DNA from: an uncultured Christensenellaceae bacterium
GTDB lineage: Bacteria > Bacillota > Clostridia > Christensenellales > UBA3700
Assembly (NCBI GenBank): GCA_944383895.1
Contig: CALWRH010000004.1
Location: 86,404-150,403 of the forward strand
Length of the DNA stretch: 64,000 nt
Direction: 5' to 3'
The position numbers and the translations under genes are program-made. The notes below the pieces were generated by a model that searched no databases, was not told the DNA's origin, and saw only the letters and a program-made list of their open reading frames with translations. Shown piece by piece: positions 1 through 10,185 of this stretch (position 1 is its first letter; every line of letters begins with the position of its first letter).

Positions 1-737
1 ATACTTCTGCTCTCTATGAACTCGTAACGAGAAATAAAGGCGATCTGTCCGCGGCGGAAGTGAAAGTGACGGTAACGTTCAATAAGCGCATTTCTTCTGA
101 CGGAGTTACGCTCGAGGACGTAGAAAACGCGCTTGTGCAGAAAGTAACGCTTACGCTGAAAATGGCTGACAAGCGCAAACTGTCCGTAGTCTATACGGGA
201 GCTACCGAAGGCAACTATCTGACAGTCGATCCGTACAAGTATTATCTGTATAAAGTTACGGGCGACGAGAGTTACAACCCGATACCGTCAACGGTAACGG
301 CGACCTACGTCGACGGAACCAAAGAAACGATAAGCGTTATTACAGAGTTCGGCGACGACGCGGATTGGAGCTATATGACTAACAGTACAGTCAAAGCGAC
401 GCTTAAAACAGACCCTGCCGCTTATGAAGGCAAAGGCTATTTTGACGAAAACATGCAGATAAGCATAAATATCAGCAGAAACGTTATCGCGGCGGTTTAC
501 TTTGACGAGGCAAAGACTCAGAACTATATAGTCAGAGGACAGAGTTACAAGACTGCTACGGTGGTATTCACCAACGGACTCGAACTCGTTATGCCCGTAG
601 CTGTTGTGGAAAACGGAAATACGGCTGACGTATATATAGGTTTTGATGTGGAAATGTACAACGAATACGGCAAGATAGCCGCGTTCAGCGAAATAAACGG
701 CACGTTGTTGCAGGCGTTTACCGTAGAAATCAGATAA
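1..737 (+). CDS. 3' end of a large, probably extracellular protein (5'-truncated by window edge)
   Basis: Frame is open from base 3 to the stop at 737, upstream of the ORF-track start at 60; Thr/Val/Tyr-rich beta-type composition like the downstream giant protein. Confidence 0.7.
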   Translation, partial: TSALYELVTRNKGDLSAAEVKVTVTFNKRISSDGVTLEDVENALVQKVTLTLKMADKRKLSVVYTGATEGNYLTVDPYKYYLYKVTGDESYNPIPSTVTATYVDGTKETISVITEFGDDADWSYMTNSTVKATLKTDPAAYEGKGYFDENMQISINISRNVIAAVYFDEAKTQNYIVRGQSYKTATVVFTNGLELVMPVAVVENGNTADVYIGFDVEMYNEYGKIAAFSEINGTLLQAFTVEIR

Positions 738-756
738 AGAGGCAGGAGAGAAGTTT

Positions 757-3700
757 ATGAGTAATACTAAAAAAAGATTGCTTTATACGGCTGTCATCGC
801 AGTGGCGGTGCTGCTGGCTTTTGTAACGGTTGCGTTTTTAACGTTGCCGGACGGAGCACCTATCGTCGGCGAAAGCGGTTCGGGGCAGACTCCGCTGAGC
901 AGCGTGACGGTAACACCGTCAAACGACAGCGGATATAACGAGCTTGACGTTGTTTCGAGTATCGGCGGTCCGGGAACGGTCGGTTCGATCATAACGAGCA
1001 ATACAGAAGGCGTTCCGAGTACGGCATCACCGATCACGAACTCTTCGCAACTCGATGCCGCGCTAAAGACCAACGGGACGTATTATCTGACGAACGATAT
1101 CGATTATACCGCGTCTAAGTCAAGTTCATCGGCTGCTGCGGGAGGTTCTTTCAGCGGCATACTTTACGGCAACGGACATACGGTAACCGTTAGCGTAAAT
1201 ACAGGTAATTATACGAGCTCTGACAGCAAGAATTACGGATTTCTCGTAAAAACGCTTTCGGGAGGTACAATAAGAGATCTAAATCTCGTCATTGCTGCAA
1301 ACGGCAGCGTTTCCTTCGGTAAAGCTGTTGGCAACAGAAACATATATACTATGAACATCTCAGAAGGTGAGTCTGTCGACCAGTACATTATGCAGATCGG
1401 CGGCATTGCGGGCGAGATGACGGACGGTCTTATACATAACTGTACCGTTAAATATACGGGCAATATGAGATTGATCATAGACGGAACTCAGGATACGAAT
1501 TCAAGTACAAACACTTACGGCGGAAATAACGTTGCACGCATATTCGGCGGTTTTGTCGGAAGTATGAGCGGAGGCGTGATTTCGTATGCAACGCTCAATC
1601 TTGAAGGTCAGGTTTACAACGCGGGCATGCAGTCCAACAACGGAAAAAACCACATGTTCGTTCTCACGGGCGGTATCGCAGGCGTGGTAGAAGGCAGCGT
1701 GGCGATGAGAAAGATAACCGTTGCGGGCAGCGGTTTCCTTGTAGGACAGGTGCATACTTACGATACAAAGGGTTGGTTTACTACCGCTGAGTCCAGTACC
1801 GACGCATTTACGGGAGCTGTTATAGGCTATGTTACGGGTTACGGCGTGCCAAATATAAACGGCGTATATCTCAATCTCACTTATTCGTCGTCGAGCGGTG
1901 ACAGCGACACGTTCGAAGGCGCAGTGATGAGTAACGGATTTACGGGCTCTATGAAGACTTATTATACGAGAACGGGAGGCGTTACAAACAAGGCATATAT
2001 CAATCAGTACGACAGCAGAGAAAACGATAACGGCGGCAACGTCGCGCAGTCTTCATATACCAGCGAGATGAGAACTTCTTACGGTATAGGCGCGGTTGAA
2101 ACTTCCGGCATCAACAACGTTACTTTCAATAACGTTTACGTTTCTTCGACGATGGATAACGTCATCAAAAACCATCACCCGTATGCGATGAACGAAATCA
2201 ATTACGGTCAGAGCGTAAGCGAAAACTATTTCCTTACGAGATGGAACTGGACATACACGGTAATAGATTCTACCACTTTGAGTTCGAACGCGGTATTTGC
2301 TCCTACTACTGGAATGGAGGGTGTTTATACATACTCTTCGTCTACCGTGAACGATTCGAACGAACAGAGAGGTCTTTATTTCAAACTTTCCAATCAGGGA
2401 ACGAACAATTTTGTATACAAGATCACTCAGGGTACGCCCAATGTTAACGACGTATACGAAATTTACACCAAGACTTACGATAAGTCAGGCACTCTTTATG
2501 TACCCGTTATGTATCCGGGATACAAATCAAACGTAGAGCACAGCGTTAAGCGCGAAGGTATGAATTATACCAACGCGAATACGGGAAATAACGACGTGTC
2601 GATATATGCAAACGACGTTTCGGCGTCTACGGGTTCTTACCTTTATATGGACTTCGATATGTCCAGGACGTACAACGGTACCGACAGATATGCAGACGGC
2701 TATCAGGGCAGCGGAAACAGCTATACCTATACATATAACGGCGACAGATTGTACGTCCCCGCCTTTGCAGGTTACAAGACGTCTTACGGTGCCGGCGAGA
2801 AGGTAAGCTTTACCGAGGACGAGGTCAATGCTCTTCTCGGAAGTTCGACCAATTTCTCGTTGTCATCCTCTTCCACGATAGTCAATTCTGGTAATACGGA
2901 TTACAGTCATTATAATTATCTGCATTGGGACGGCGCAGGCAACGTCGGAACGTATTCGATGACTTACAACAAACCGAATAACGACGCTAAATTTATCACC
3001 AAGGACGGCAAGAATTATTATTGCGCGTTTATGGACAGCTATCCCGCAAAGACGATAAACGTCGTTCCTTGCGAGCTCGAGCTTGATTGGAATACAGGGA
3101 ATTTCGTGTATGACGGTACGGGTAAAGACGTAATGACGTCGTTCAGAGAACTTCCTTCCGGCAACGGACTCGGCAACAACGATTCTGCTCAGCTCGGCAT
3201 TGCTGTCACTTACTCGGCTGACAATCCGGCTCTTCTCGTACAGAACAAGCCCTATCATGCGGGCGACTATAAGGCTACCGCGACTCTGACTTACGGCGGA
3301 ACGACCGAAAGCGCGAAGACGGGCAACTTTACGCTTGCAGTGTCGGAACAGGCGTTTACCGTGGGCAAGGTGCAGATGACCGTCACGCCCGAAGATACGG
3401 TATCTTATTACGGCGACGATCACTCTTCGTTGCTTGCGGGTGCAAAAGTCGCTGTCAGCGGCAATTGGGTAGGAGATGACGAAACGTGGTTCGTCTTCAC
3501 GGCAAAGGCCGTAGACGATACGATAAACTTCACGACGACAAAGGGCGAATATCCTACTACGGTAGAGGCGTCATTGGCAGAAGGAGCTACGCCTGAACTT
3601 CTCGGCGACTACAACTTCGTCGTGACCAACGGAAAGCTCGTCATAAACGAAAGACCGATCAACGGTACTCTCACGATAAACGGAGGCGTATACAACGGCT

Positions 3701-6700
3701 CCGAGTACGTCGCTACGCTCAGCCTCGACGAGGGAGTACAGGTGAGTACGGACAGAGTATACACGCTCGACTATATGCTTGACGGACAGCCTGTTTCAAT
3801 AGTAAGAAACGCAGGCGAATACGTTATCAGAATAACCCCCGAGAGCGGCAAATACGCTATCGGCACGATAATCATAAAAGATAAGGACGAGCTTTACGAG
3901 TACGGTACTACAAAGCTTGTAGTAGAACAGAGAAGCGTAGACGTGACTCTGTCTTTTGACAACGGATACGTTTACGACGGCGCAGATAAAGTAACGGGCG
4001 TTGCAATTCAGGGACAGGAAGGAAACGCAGGCGTTCTCAAGGGCGAAAACGCAGAGCTCGTTATGTATTACAACGGAGTCGAACATGCCGTGATGCCTGC
4101 GGATTACACCGCTACGGCTGTATTCGGCAACAAAAACTATAAGGCAGGAGCGATAAACGGCGGCACGTTTACCGTAGAAAGAGCAGATCTTGCCGATATC
4201 CGCATAGATTCTCTCTCGGCAGACTACGACGGCACAGAAAAGAATATCGGATATACTCTTGTCGGAGTTGCAGGAGAGGAGGATATAGCAAGCCTTGCAG
4301 GCGCGGTGACCGTAACTTACAATAAATCGACTTCTGCACCTGTAAACGCCGGAGTATACGAAGTGGAGATATCCGTTGCGGAAGGCAGCGCGTATAACGC
4401 AAAGAGCGTCAGCGCGACGTTTACCGTCAACAAAGCTCAGATCGTCTTCGATCCCGTCAGACAGACAGTTTATACGGGCAGAAACATCGAACCCGAATAT
4501 TCTATAACCGCTCCCGGTATGGACGACGCGTCTTCGCTCAAGAGTTTAGTGAACGTCAGCCACACCGTGATATTCAACGCGAGCACATACGACGTCACGC
4601 TCGATTTTGCGGGAACGGTAAACTACGAGGCAAAACAGGAAAAATATCAGCTCGAGGTTACACGCGCAGACCTTGCGGTAACTCTTGAAGACGGTCAGGT
4701 AACGACCTATAACGGCAGTGCACAGATGCCCGACTACGAAATAGCGGCATTGTTTGCAGGCGACGAATACGGCGATGTAACTATTACCGTATCCGGAGAT
4801 AAAGTCAGCGGAGATCAGGCAGTCAATGCTGGCAGCTATACGTTTACGCTCGATATAGCGCAAAGCGTCAATTACAACGCTTTCAGCAAGACCGTAAACT
4901 TCACGATAGACAAATACGCTCTGGAGTTCATAGGAGCGACAGAACAGTTCGTTACCGTCATCAGCGACGACGGAGTGACCGAAGTAACCGAGATCAACCG
5001 TTATATCCCGTCCATGGACGTTGCGCTCATCGACGATACGGGAGTTTATAACAACGATAGCCTCAGATACGTCACAAGGGTAAACGGCGAAGAGGCAAGC
5101 GATCTTGTCTTCAGCGGCGGCAAGGCGGTATTTACGGCAGAGATCACCGTCGAAGGACTCGATACCGAAAACTATACCTTCGCAGGTGCGACGATCACGG
5201 TCAACGTGCTTGACGCGAGCATCACTATCACCGTCAACGGTGAAGAAACGACGATCACGTCTATCACGTTCGGCGACGAGCTTACCGTATCCGCAAAGGG
5301 CAGTTACGGCGATTCTCAGCAGGAAGACGTGCAGGAAGTGACCTGGTACGCTAAGGGCGAGAGCGGAGATTACGACGTTACGCTCGAAGGCGCGCCGACA
5401 GACGCGGGCGATTATATGGCAATGTTCAGATATACGTTCGGAGCCGACAGCAATTTCGTGACCAGAGCCCTCTATCTTACAGTGTCGCCCAAGGCGGTAA
5501 CGGTAACTCTCGACGGTTCTAAGGTGAATATTACTTACGGCGACGACGTTACCGAAGAGTCTTTCGCTGCTGCGACTTATACAACAAACACGGGAGATCT
5601 CTCTCTCACACTCGCATATTCGAGCACTGCAGAAAAGTATTCGTCCGTAGGCAATTATACGCTTAACGGTGAGGTAACGGCTGTGGCGGACGGCAATATT
5701 TCAAACTATGACTTTACCGTCGTGCCCGGTTCCGTAAAAGTAGTGAAGAGAACCGTTTACGTCAAGGCAAACGACGTTTCCGCTATCTACGGCGACGAAG
5801 TGATACTCAGCGGATTCGACGTTTACAACGACGCAGAAGGAGCCGCGCTCTGGACCGATTATGCGGGAGCAACTCCGCTTAAGGTCACGCTCGAAGTGAA
5901 AGACGGCATACTTCTTGTCGGAGAATACGACATAACCGTATCTTCCGTTGACGGCGAAAATGCAAATTACAACGTTCTCGCTACTACCGAAAGCGGAAAA
6001 CTTACAATAGAAAAACGCAGCATAGTGATCACTGTAAACGATATCAGCGTTGTTTACGGAACGCAGCAGTTGCCTTCTATTTCGGGAAGTATCACCAGAG
6101 GAACTCTCGTCAACGGCGATAAGCTCAGCGAGATAACGGGAGAGTGGACGGGTTCCGATGCACTCGACTCGCTCGACGTAAACGCATATACGCTGACGGA
6201 TTTCGTAACGCTTTCGGCAAAGCTTATGTCCGATCAGGACGGGGTAAATTACGATATCTCTTTCGAAACCTCTGCGGTATTGAACGTAACTCCCAAGAAA
6301 GTTACCGTCACCTTTACCGGCTGGCAGTCCGAAGGTACGGTTGCCGCTGGAGAAACGACGGTTTACAACGCTAAAGCGTGGACTCCGTCAGGTACTGTCG
6401 ACGGAGTTATAAACGGAGACGACGTTTTCGTGGTAAGCAATGACGGAAGCGAAATAAAGAACGCGGGCATTTACGCAAGACAGCTTTCTCTTGACGGCGC
6501 AAACGCAGGCAATTACGTTGCGGACGCATGCACCGCAAATCTCGAGATACTTCCTTACAAGACGGAGATCTCGGTAGACCAGGCAGATTACGTTTATACT
6601 TACGGCGACGAAAAGACGGCGATCAACCCGACGCTGCGCATGCTCGAAGGCGATTCCGAAGAGGGCAGTTTCGTACAGAAAAACTATGTAGGTACCAATA

Positions 6701-9700
6701 CGGGCGTTACGGGTACGCAGGTAGGCTGGGACGAGGTATGGAACGCAGGTTCTTATACCGTAGTCGTAACTTACAGCGGCAGCAACTATACGGCTGATCC
6801 CGTGAACATAACCGTTACGGTAAACAAAAAAGTGATCGGCAAGGTAGACGCAAACAACGGCGGAAATCTCGGTTCTTCTGTCTACAACGCTACCAACGTG
6901 GTTATTACGGCAGATACCGTTGCCGATCTCAGTTCCTTCACGGGACTCGAAGATTATATCTATGTCGTATATATGCTCGGCGATACGCAGTCTGCGGTAG
7001 TCAGAAACGCGGGCGTTTATACCATTGATCTCAGACTTGCAGAAAACGGCAATTACGAGATAGAGGGAGGCGGAGATTCTCTTCTCAACGCTCCCGCGAC
7101 TTACGAGATAGCAAAAGCGCCTTCTTCCGAACTCAATTTCTCGCTGACTTACGCGAATAAGGTGTACGACGGCAACGATATGACCGATTATATCAAGTCT
7201 GTCATCGCTGTCAGCGGCATAAACGGAGAACCCGTTACGGGCGCTGCGCTCACTCTCACCGTTACAGATGAGTCGGGACTCGAGAGCGTACCTGTCAATT
7301 CGGGAGTATACGTCGTTTCCGTAACGGCTACCTCGATGGCGAATTACGAAGATATGCAATCTTCTTACAGGATAGGCAACTTCACTGTCGACAAGGTGTA
7401 CGTTGCGGTCGACGCGATAACCCTTGACGACAAGACTGTGGCTTACGATTCAGCCGTAAAAGTACTCGAAGGTGCGGGCATTCAGTCCAGCGCGGCACTT
7501 AAGAAAGTTTCTTACGAATACTCAGACAGTCTGGGCGTTGTTTCCGAAACGGGAGTGACGGACGCAGGCGAATACAACGTAAAGATGACCGTCATGTTCG
7601 ATAAGCTCAACACGAGATTCAGCGATGACGTTGTCCTCAATACGGCGACAGACCCCGAGTTCGGAGAAGTGTACGTCTTCGAATTCAATGCTAAACTTAT
7701 TGTAAACAAGGCAATTCCCGAAATGGCGATAGACAAAAACACTCTCGCTAAATACTTTGACGGATACGCTCACGCGATAGAGTTTACTCTGTCGGGAGTC
7801 GGTGCGGATAAAGCGATCGCAGGTTCTTTCGATTCTCAGACGGGAGCTGCTACCGTAGTTACCGTGGAAGGACTCGGTACGTTTACCGTTACGTATTATA
7901 CCGACGCCGCATACGGCAATCTGCTGAAAGACGCAGACGGTAAAGCTGCGCTTCCCGTCACCGTGCTGACGAGCGGAGGAAAGACCGTGCCGTACTACAT
8001 GCTCGTGGAATTCACGTCCTCTAACCCCAACTATTCCGACAACGTGTATAAGAACAGCGGTTACGATATGGCTCTTTACATAATGCAGTCTTTGGTTACG
8101 CTGTCTTTCAACAGTCTGTCCGTACCTTACGGTCAGCTCGCATCCCAGGCGGCGGCTAACGAGTACGTTACCGCTAATATGAAGTATACTTATACCGTCA
8201 ACGACGAGGGCGACCAGTCCGTAAATTACGATCCCGAGGCAATGCTCGATATCACGTACAACATGATATCTTTCAACGTCAATACGGGTACGTACGATAT
8301 CGCCGTCAACGCCGTAGCGGCAAAGACGGAGTTTGCCGGTTCGGTAGTTGCCGTGATAAGAAACGCAGAATCGATCAAACTCGATATAACCCCCGCGGCG
8401 GTAACCGAAAGCATGAAGGCTGCGTTTACGTCTATGTCCGATACTTACGGAAACAAGACTTATACGCAGGAAGACTTCGTATGGAACGTAAAGGGAATCA
8501 TGAACGAGGATATAAGCTATACAGTTTCGTATAACGGCGAGAGCGAATTCTCGATAAGAGATGCAGGTGAGTATACGCTGACGGTAAGTATCCCCGAAGG
8601 CAACTACAAGGCATGGTCGGGCAACGTGAATCTCTCTATCGCAAAAGTCGGACTCGACGTGGTATGGACTATGGGCGGAGAAGCTCTGAGCGACGGAAAG
8701 TTCGTGAAGACTTATGACGGACAGCCCGCCGATATAGCGATAGAAGTTCTCGGAGCGGACGGAGTCGTTGCAAATTGCGTTTACGTCAATTCCGAAGGCG
8801 AAGAAATAGACGCTCCCTATGCGGTAGGTTCGTACACCGCAAAGGCAGTTCTGTCGGACGACAACTATTACGTCAATCCCGACTGCGAAACGGTAAATGT
8901 AGTTATCGAGGCGATAGAGCTCAACGAAGATACGATAAGAGGCTGGATCTCTGACGACAGCGATGTGTACGGCTCTGTACAGGGTATAGACATCACGGGA
9001 CTTCCTGAAGGTTACGGAGCAACTTCGATCGTCTATTCCGACGGCAAAGCGACTTACGATTCGACGACGATAAAGACCGCAAAGGCGGGTGTTTACAGCG
9101 TCACCGTAACTGTCAGCAATTCTACCAGCTCCGGCAGCGCGACTTTCAATTATACGATCGAAAAGCGCAAGATAGTGTTTACCGCAAGCGCGAGCGTAAC
9201 GACGGGCAAAACTCCCGAGGCGTCTGACGTAACCGTCAAGGCGGACAAGAATCTCGCAAGCGGCGACGTCGCAAGCGTTTCAGGCATAGTTCTTTCGTCC
9301 GAATACAGCGATGCGCTCGCGTTCGGAATATACGATATGAAGGATTACTTCGATTCCGTCACTATCGCATTTAACCGCAATGCGGATTGTTACGAATATA
9401 CGGTAGAGATGGGTGAGTTCACCGTCACGCCGTCCAAAGCGCCCGAGATAGACGAGATCAGGTCCAATTACAATTCTGCGACAGTAAAGATGAAGACATC
9501 AGGCTTGTATGCTTACAGAGTAGGGCTACGCGGAACGTGGGTCACGCTGACGAGCGAAAGCGATACGATCATCGTGCCCGGACTCAAGGCAGATACGGGA
9601 TATACGATCTACGTCGCATACGCAGGATTTACTTCTGTCAACTCTTCAAAGGCTACGACCACGACTCCCGATCCGAACGTTCTCACTCAGATGATAGAAG

Positions 9701-10032
9701 ACATCAGGGAAGGTGGATTGTCGCTGGATAAGAAAGACGAGTTCGATAAGATACTCGCATACTACGAAACGATAGCTGAGACGGACAGACCTCTGATACA
9801 GGACGAATACGACGAGCTGATCGCACAGTTTAACGCGCTCGAAAACGGAGGCGATGAGGACCCCGAACAGCCTGAAAAAGAACCCGAGGTCAAAAATCTC
9901 GCAGTTATCATTGTAAGCATCGTATGTCTTGTGATAATCGTGATATCTATAGCAGGCGTTATCGTAGCGTATATCGTAAAAAAACGCAAAGCAAACGATG
10001 AATTCAGACACGACGACAGCAGTCTCGTATAA
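757..10032 (+). CDS. Giant surface protein/adhesin (3091 aa): GLUG-like N-terminal region, many MBG/YDG-like Ig repeats, C-terminal membrane anchor
   Basis: AGGAG RBS; N-terminal signal/TM (KKRLLYTAVIAVAVLLAF); GGIAG/GGFVG repeats; recurring Y(D/N)G...(N/D)AGxYxV units; C-terminal hydrophobic helix followed by KKRK. Confidence 0.8.
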   Translation: MSNTKKRLLYTAVIAVAVLLAFVTVAFLTLPDGAPIVGESGSGQTPLSSVTVTPSNDSGYNELDVVSSIGGPGTVGSIITSNTEGVPSTASPITNSSQLDAALKTNGTYYLTNDIDYTASKSSSSAAAGGSFSGILYGNGHTVTVSVNTGNYTSSDSKNYGFLVKTLSGGTIRDLNLVIAANGSVSFGKAVGNRNIYTMNISEGESVDQYIMQIGGIAGEMTDGLIHNCTVKYTGNMRLIIDGTQDTNSSTNTYGGNNVARIFGGFVGSMSGGVISYATLNLEGQVYNAGMQSNNGKNHMFVLTGGIAGVVEGSVAMRKITVAGSGFLVGQVHTYDTKGWFTTAESSTDAFTGAVIGYVTGYGVPNINGVYLNLTYSSSSGDSDTFEGAVMSNGFTGSMKTYYTRTGGVTNKAYINQYDSRENDNGGNVAQSSYTSEMRTSYGIGAVETSGINNVTFNNVYVSSTMDNVIKNHHPYAMNEINYGQSVSENYFLTRWNWTYTVIDSTTLSSNAVFAPTTGMEGVYTYSSSTVNDSNEQRGLYFKLSNQGTNNFVYKITQGTPNVNDVYEIYTKTYDKSGTLYVPVMYPGYKSNVEHSVKREGMNYTNANTGNNDVSIYANDVSASTGSYLYMDFDMSRTYNGTDRYADGYQGSGNSYTYTYNGDRLYVPAFAGYKTSYGAGEKVSFTEDEVNALLGSSTNFSLSSSSTIVNSGNTDYSHYNYLHWDGAGNVGTYSMTYNKPNNDAKFITKDGKNYYCAFMDSYPAKTINVVPCELELDWNTGNFVYDGTGKDVMTSFRELPSGNGLGNNDSAQLGIAVTYSADNPALLVQNKPYHAGDYKATATLTYGGTTESAKTGNFTLAVSEQAFTVGKVQMTVTPEDTVSYYGDDHSSLLAGAKVAVSGNWVGDDETWFVFTAKAVDDTINFTTTKGEYPTTVEASLAEGATPELLGDYNFVVTNGKLVINERPINGTLTINGGVYNGSEYVATLSLDEGVQVSTDRVYTLDYMLDGQPVSIVRNAGEYVIRITPESGKYAIGTIIIKDKDELYEYGTTKLVVEQRSVDVTLSFDNGYVYDGADKVTGVAIQGQEGNAGVLKGENAELVMYYNGVEHAVMPADYTATAVFGNKNYKAGAINGGTFTVERADLADIRIDSLSADYDGTEKNIGYTLVGVAGEEDIASLAGAVTVTYNKSTSAPVNAGVYEVEISVAEGSAYNAKSVSATFTVNKAQIVFDPVRQTVYTGRNIEPEYSITAPGMDDASSLKSLVNVSHTVIFNASTYDVTLDFAGTVNYEAKQEKYQLEVTRADLAVTLEDGQVTTYNGSAQMPDYEIAALFAGDEYGDVTITVSGDKVSGDQAVNAGSYTFTLDIAQSVNYNAFSKTVNFTIDKYALEFIGATEQFVTVISDDGVTEVTEINRYIPSMDVALIDDTGVYNNDSLRYVTRVNGEEASDLVFSGGKAVFTAEITVEGLDTENYTFAGATITVNVLDASITITVNGEETTITSITFGDELTVSAKGSYGDSQQEDVQEVTWYAKGESGDYDVTLEGAPTDAGDYMAMFRYTFGADSNFVTRALYLTVSPKAVTVTLDGSKVNITYGDDVTEESFAAATYTTNTGDLSLTLAYSSTAEKYSSVGNYTLNGEVTAVADGNISNYDFTVVPGSVKVVKRTVYVKANDVSAIYGDEVILSGFDVYNDAEGAALWTDYAGATPLKVTLEVKDGILLVGEYDITVSSVDGENANYNVLATTESGKLTIEKRSIVITVNDISVVYGTQQLPSISGSITRGTLVNGDKLSEITGEWTGSDALDSLDVNAYTLTDFVTLSAKLMSDQDGVNYDISFETSAVLNVTPKKVTVTFTGWQSEGTVAAGETTVYNAKAWTPSGTVDGVINGDDVFVVSNDGSEIKNAGIYARQLSLDGANAGNYVADACTANLEILPYKTEISVDQADYVYTYGDEKTAINPTLRMLEGDSEEGSFVQKNYVGTNTGVTGTQVGWDEVWNAGSYTVVVTYSGSNYTADPVNITVTVNKKVIGKVDANNGGNLGSSVYNATNVVITADTVADLSSFTGLEDYIYVVYMLGDTQSAVVRNAGVYTIDLRLAENGNYEIEGGGDSLLNAPATYEIAKAPSSELNFSLTYANKVYDGNDMTDYIKSVIAVSGINGEPVTGAALTLTVTDESGLESVPVNSGVYVVSVTATSMANYEDMQSSYRIGNFTVDKVYVAVDAITLDDKTVAYDSAVKVLEGAGIQSSAALKKVSYEYSDSLGVVSETGVTDAGEYNVKMTVMFDKLNTRFSDDVVLNTATDPEFGEVYVFEFNAKLIVNKAIPEMAIDKNTLAKYFDGYAHAIEFTLSGVGADKAIAGSFDSQTGAATVVTVEGLGTFTVTYYTDAAYGNLLKDADGKAALPVTVLTSGGKTVPYYMLVEFTSSNPNYSDNVYKNSGYDMALYIMQSLVTLSFNSLSVPYGQLASQAAANEYVTANMKYTYTVNDEGDQSVNYDPEAMLDITYNMISFNVNTGTYDIAVNAVAAKTEFAGSVVAVIRNAESIKLDITPAAVTESMKAAFTSMSDTYGNKTYTQEDFVWNVKGIMNEDISYTVSYNGESEFSIRDAGEYTLTVSIPEGNYKAWSGNVNLSIAKVGLDVVWTMGGEALSDGKFVKTYDGQPADIAIEVLGADGVVANCVYVNSEGEEIDAPYAVGSYTAKAVLSDDNYYVNPDCETVNVVIEAIELNEDTIRGWISDDSDVYGSVQGIDITGLPEGYGATSIVYSDGKATYDSTTIKTAKAGVYSVTVTVSNSTSSGSATFNYTIEKRKIVFTASASVTTGKTPEASDVTVKADKNLASGDVASVSGIVLSSEYSDALAFGIYDMKDYFDSVTIAFNRNADCYEYTVEMGEFTVTPSKAPEIDEIRSNYNSATVKMKTSGLYAYRVGLRGTWVTLTSESDTIIVPGLKADTGYTIYVAYAGFTSVNSSKATTTTPDPNVLTQMIEDIREGGLSLDKKDEFDKILAYYETIAETDRPLIQDEYDELIAQFNALENGGDEDPEQPEKEPEVKNLAVIIVSIVCLVIIVISIAGVIVAYIVKKRKANDEFRHDDSSLV

Positions 10033-10052
10033 TAAGAAGTAAAACAAAATAA

Positions 10053-10084
10053 AAGCGCGCACCCGACGGTGCGCGCTTATTTTA
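10053..10084 (+). terminator. Intrinsic terminator (likely bidirectional)
   Basis: AAGCGCGCACC-CGAC-GGTGCGCGCTT hairpin with A/T tracts, between convergent genes. Confidence 0.8.
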
Positions 10085-10185
10085 TATATTTTTGATCAAA
10101 CGTAACGATGTCAGACTCGGACTCGCGGCGGCAAAGACAGCGTCATAGCCGTTTAAGGCCGCTAAGAGAGCACCTGCGCGTATTT

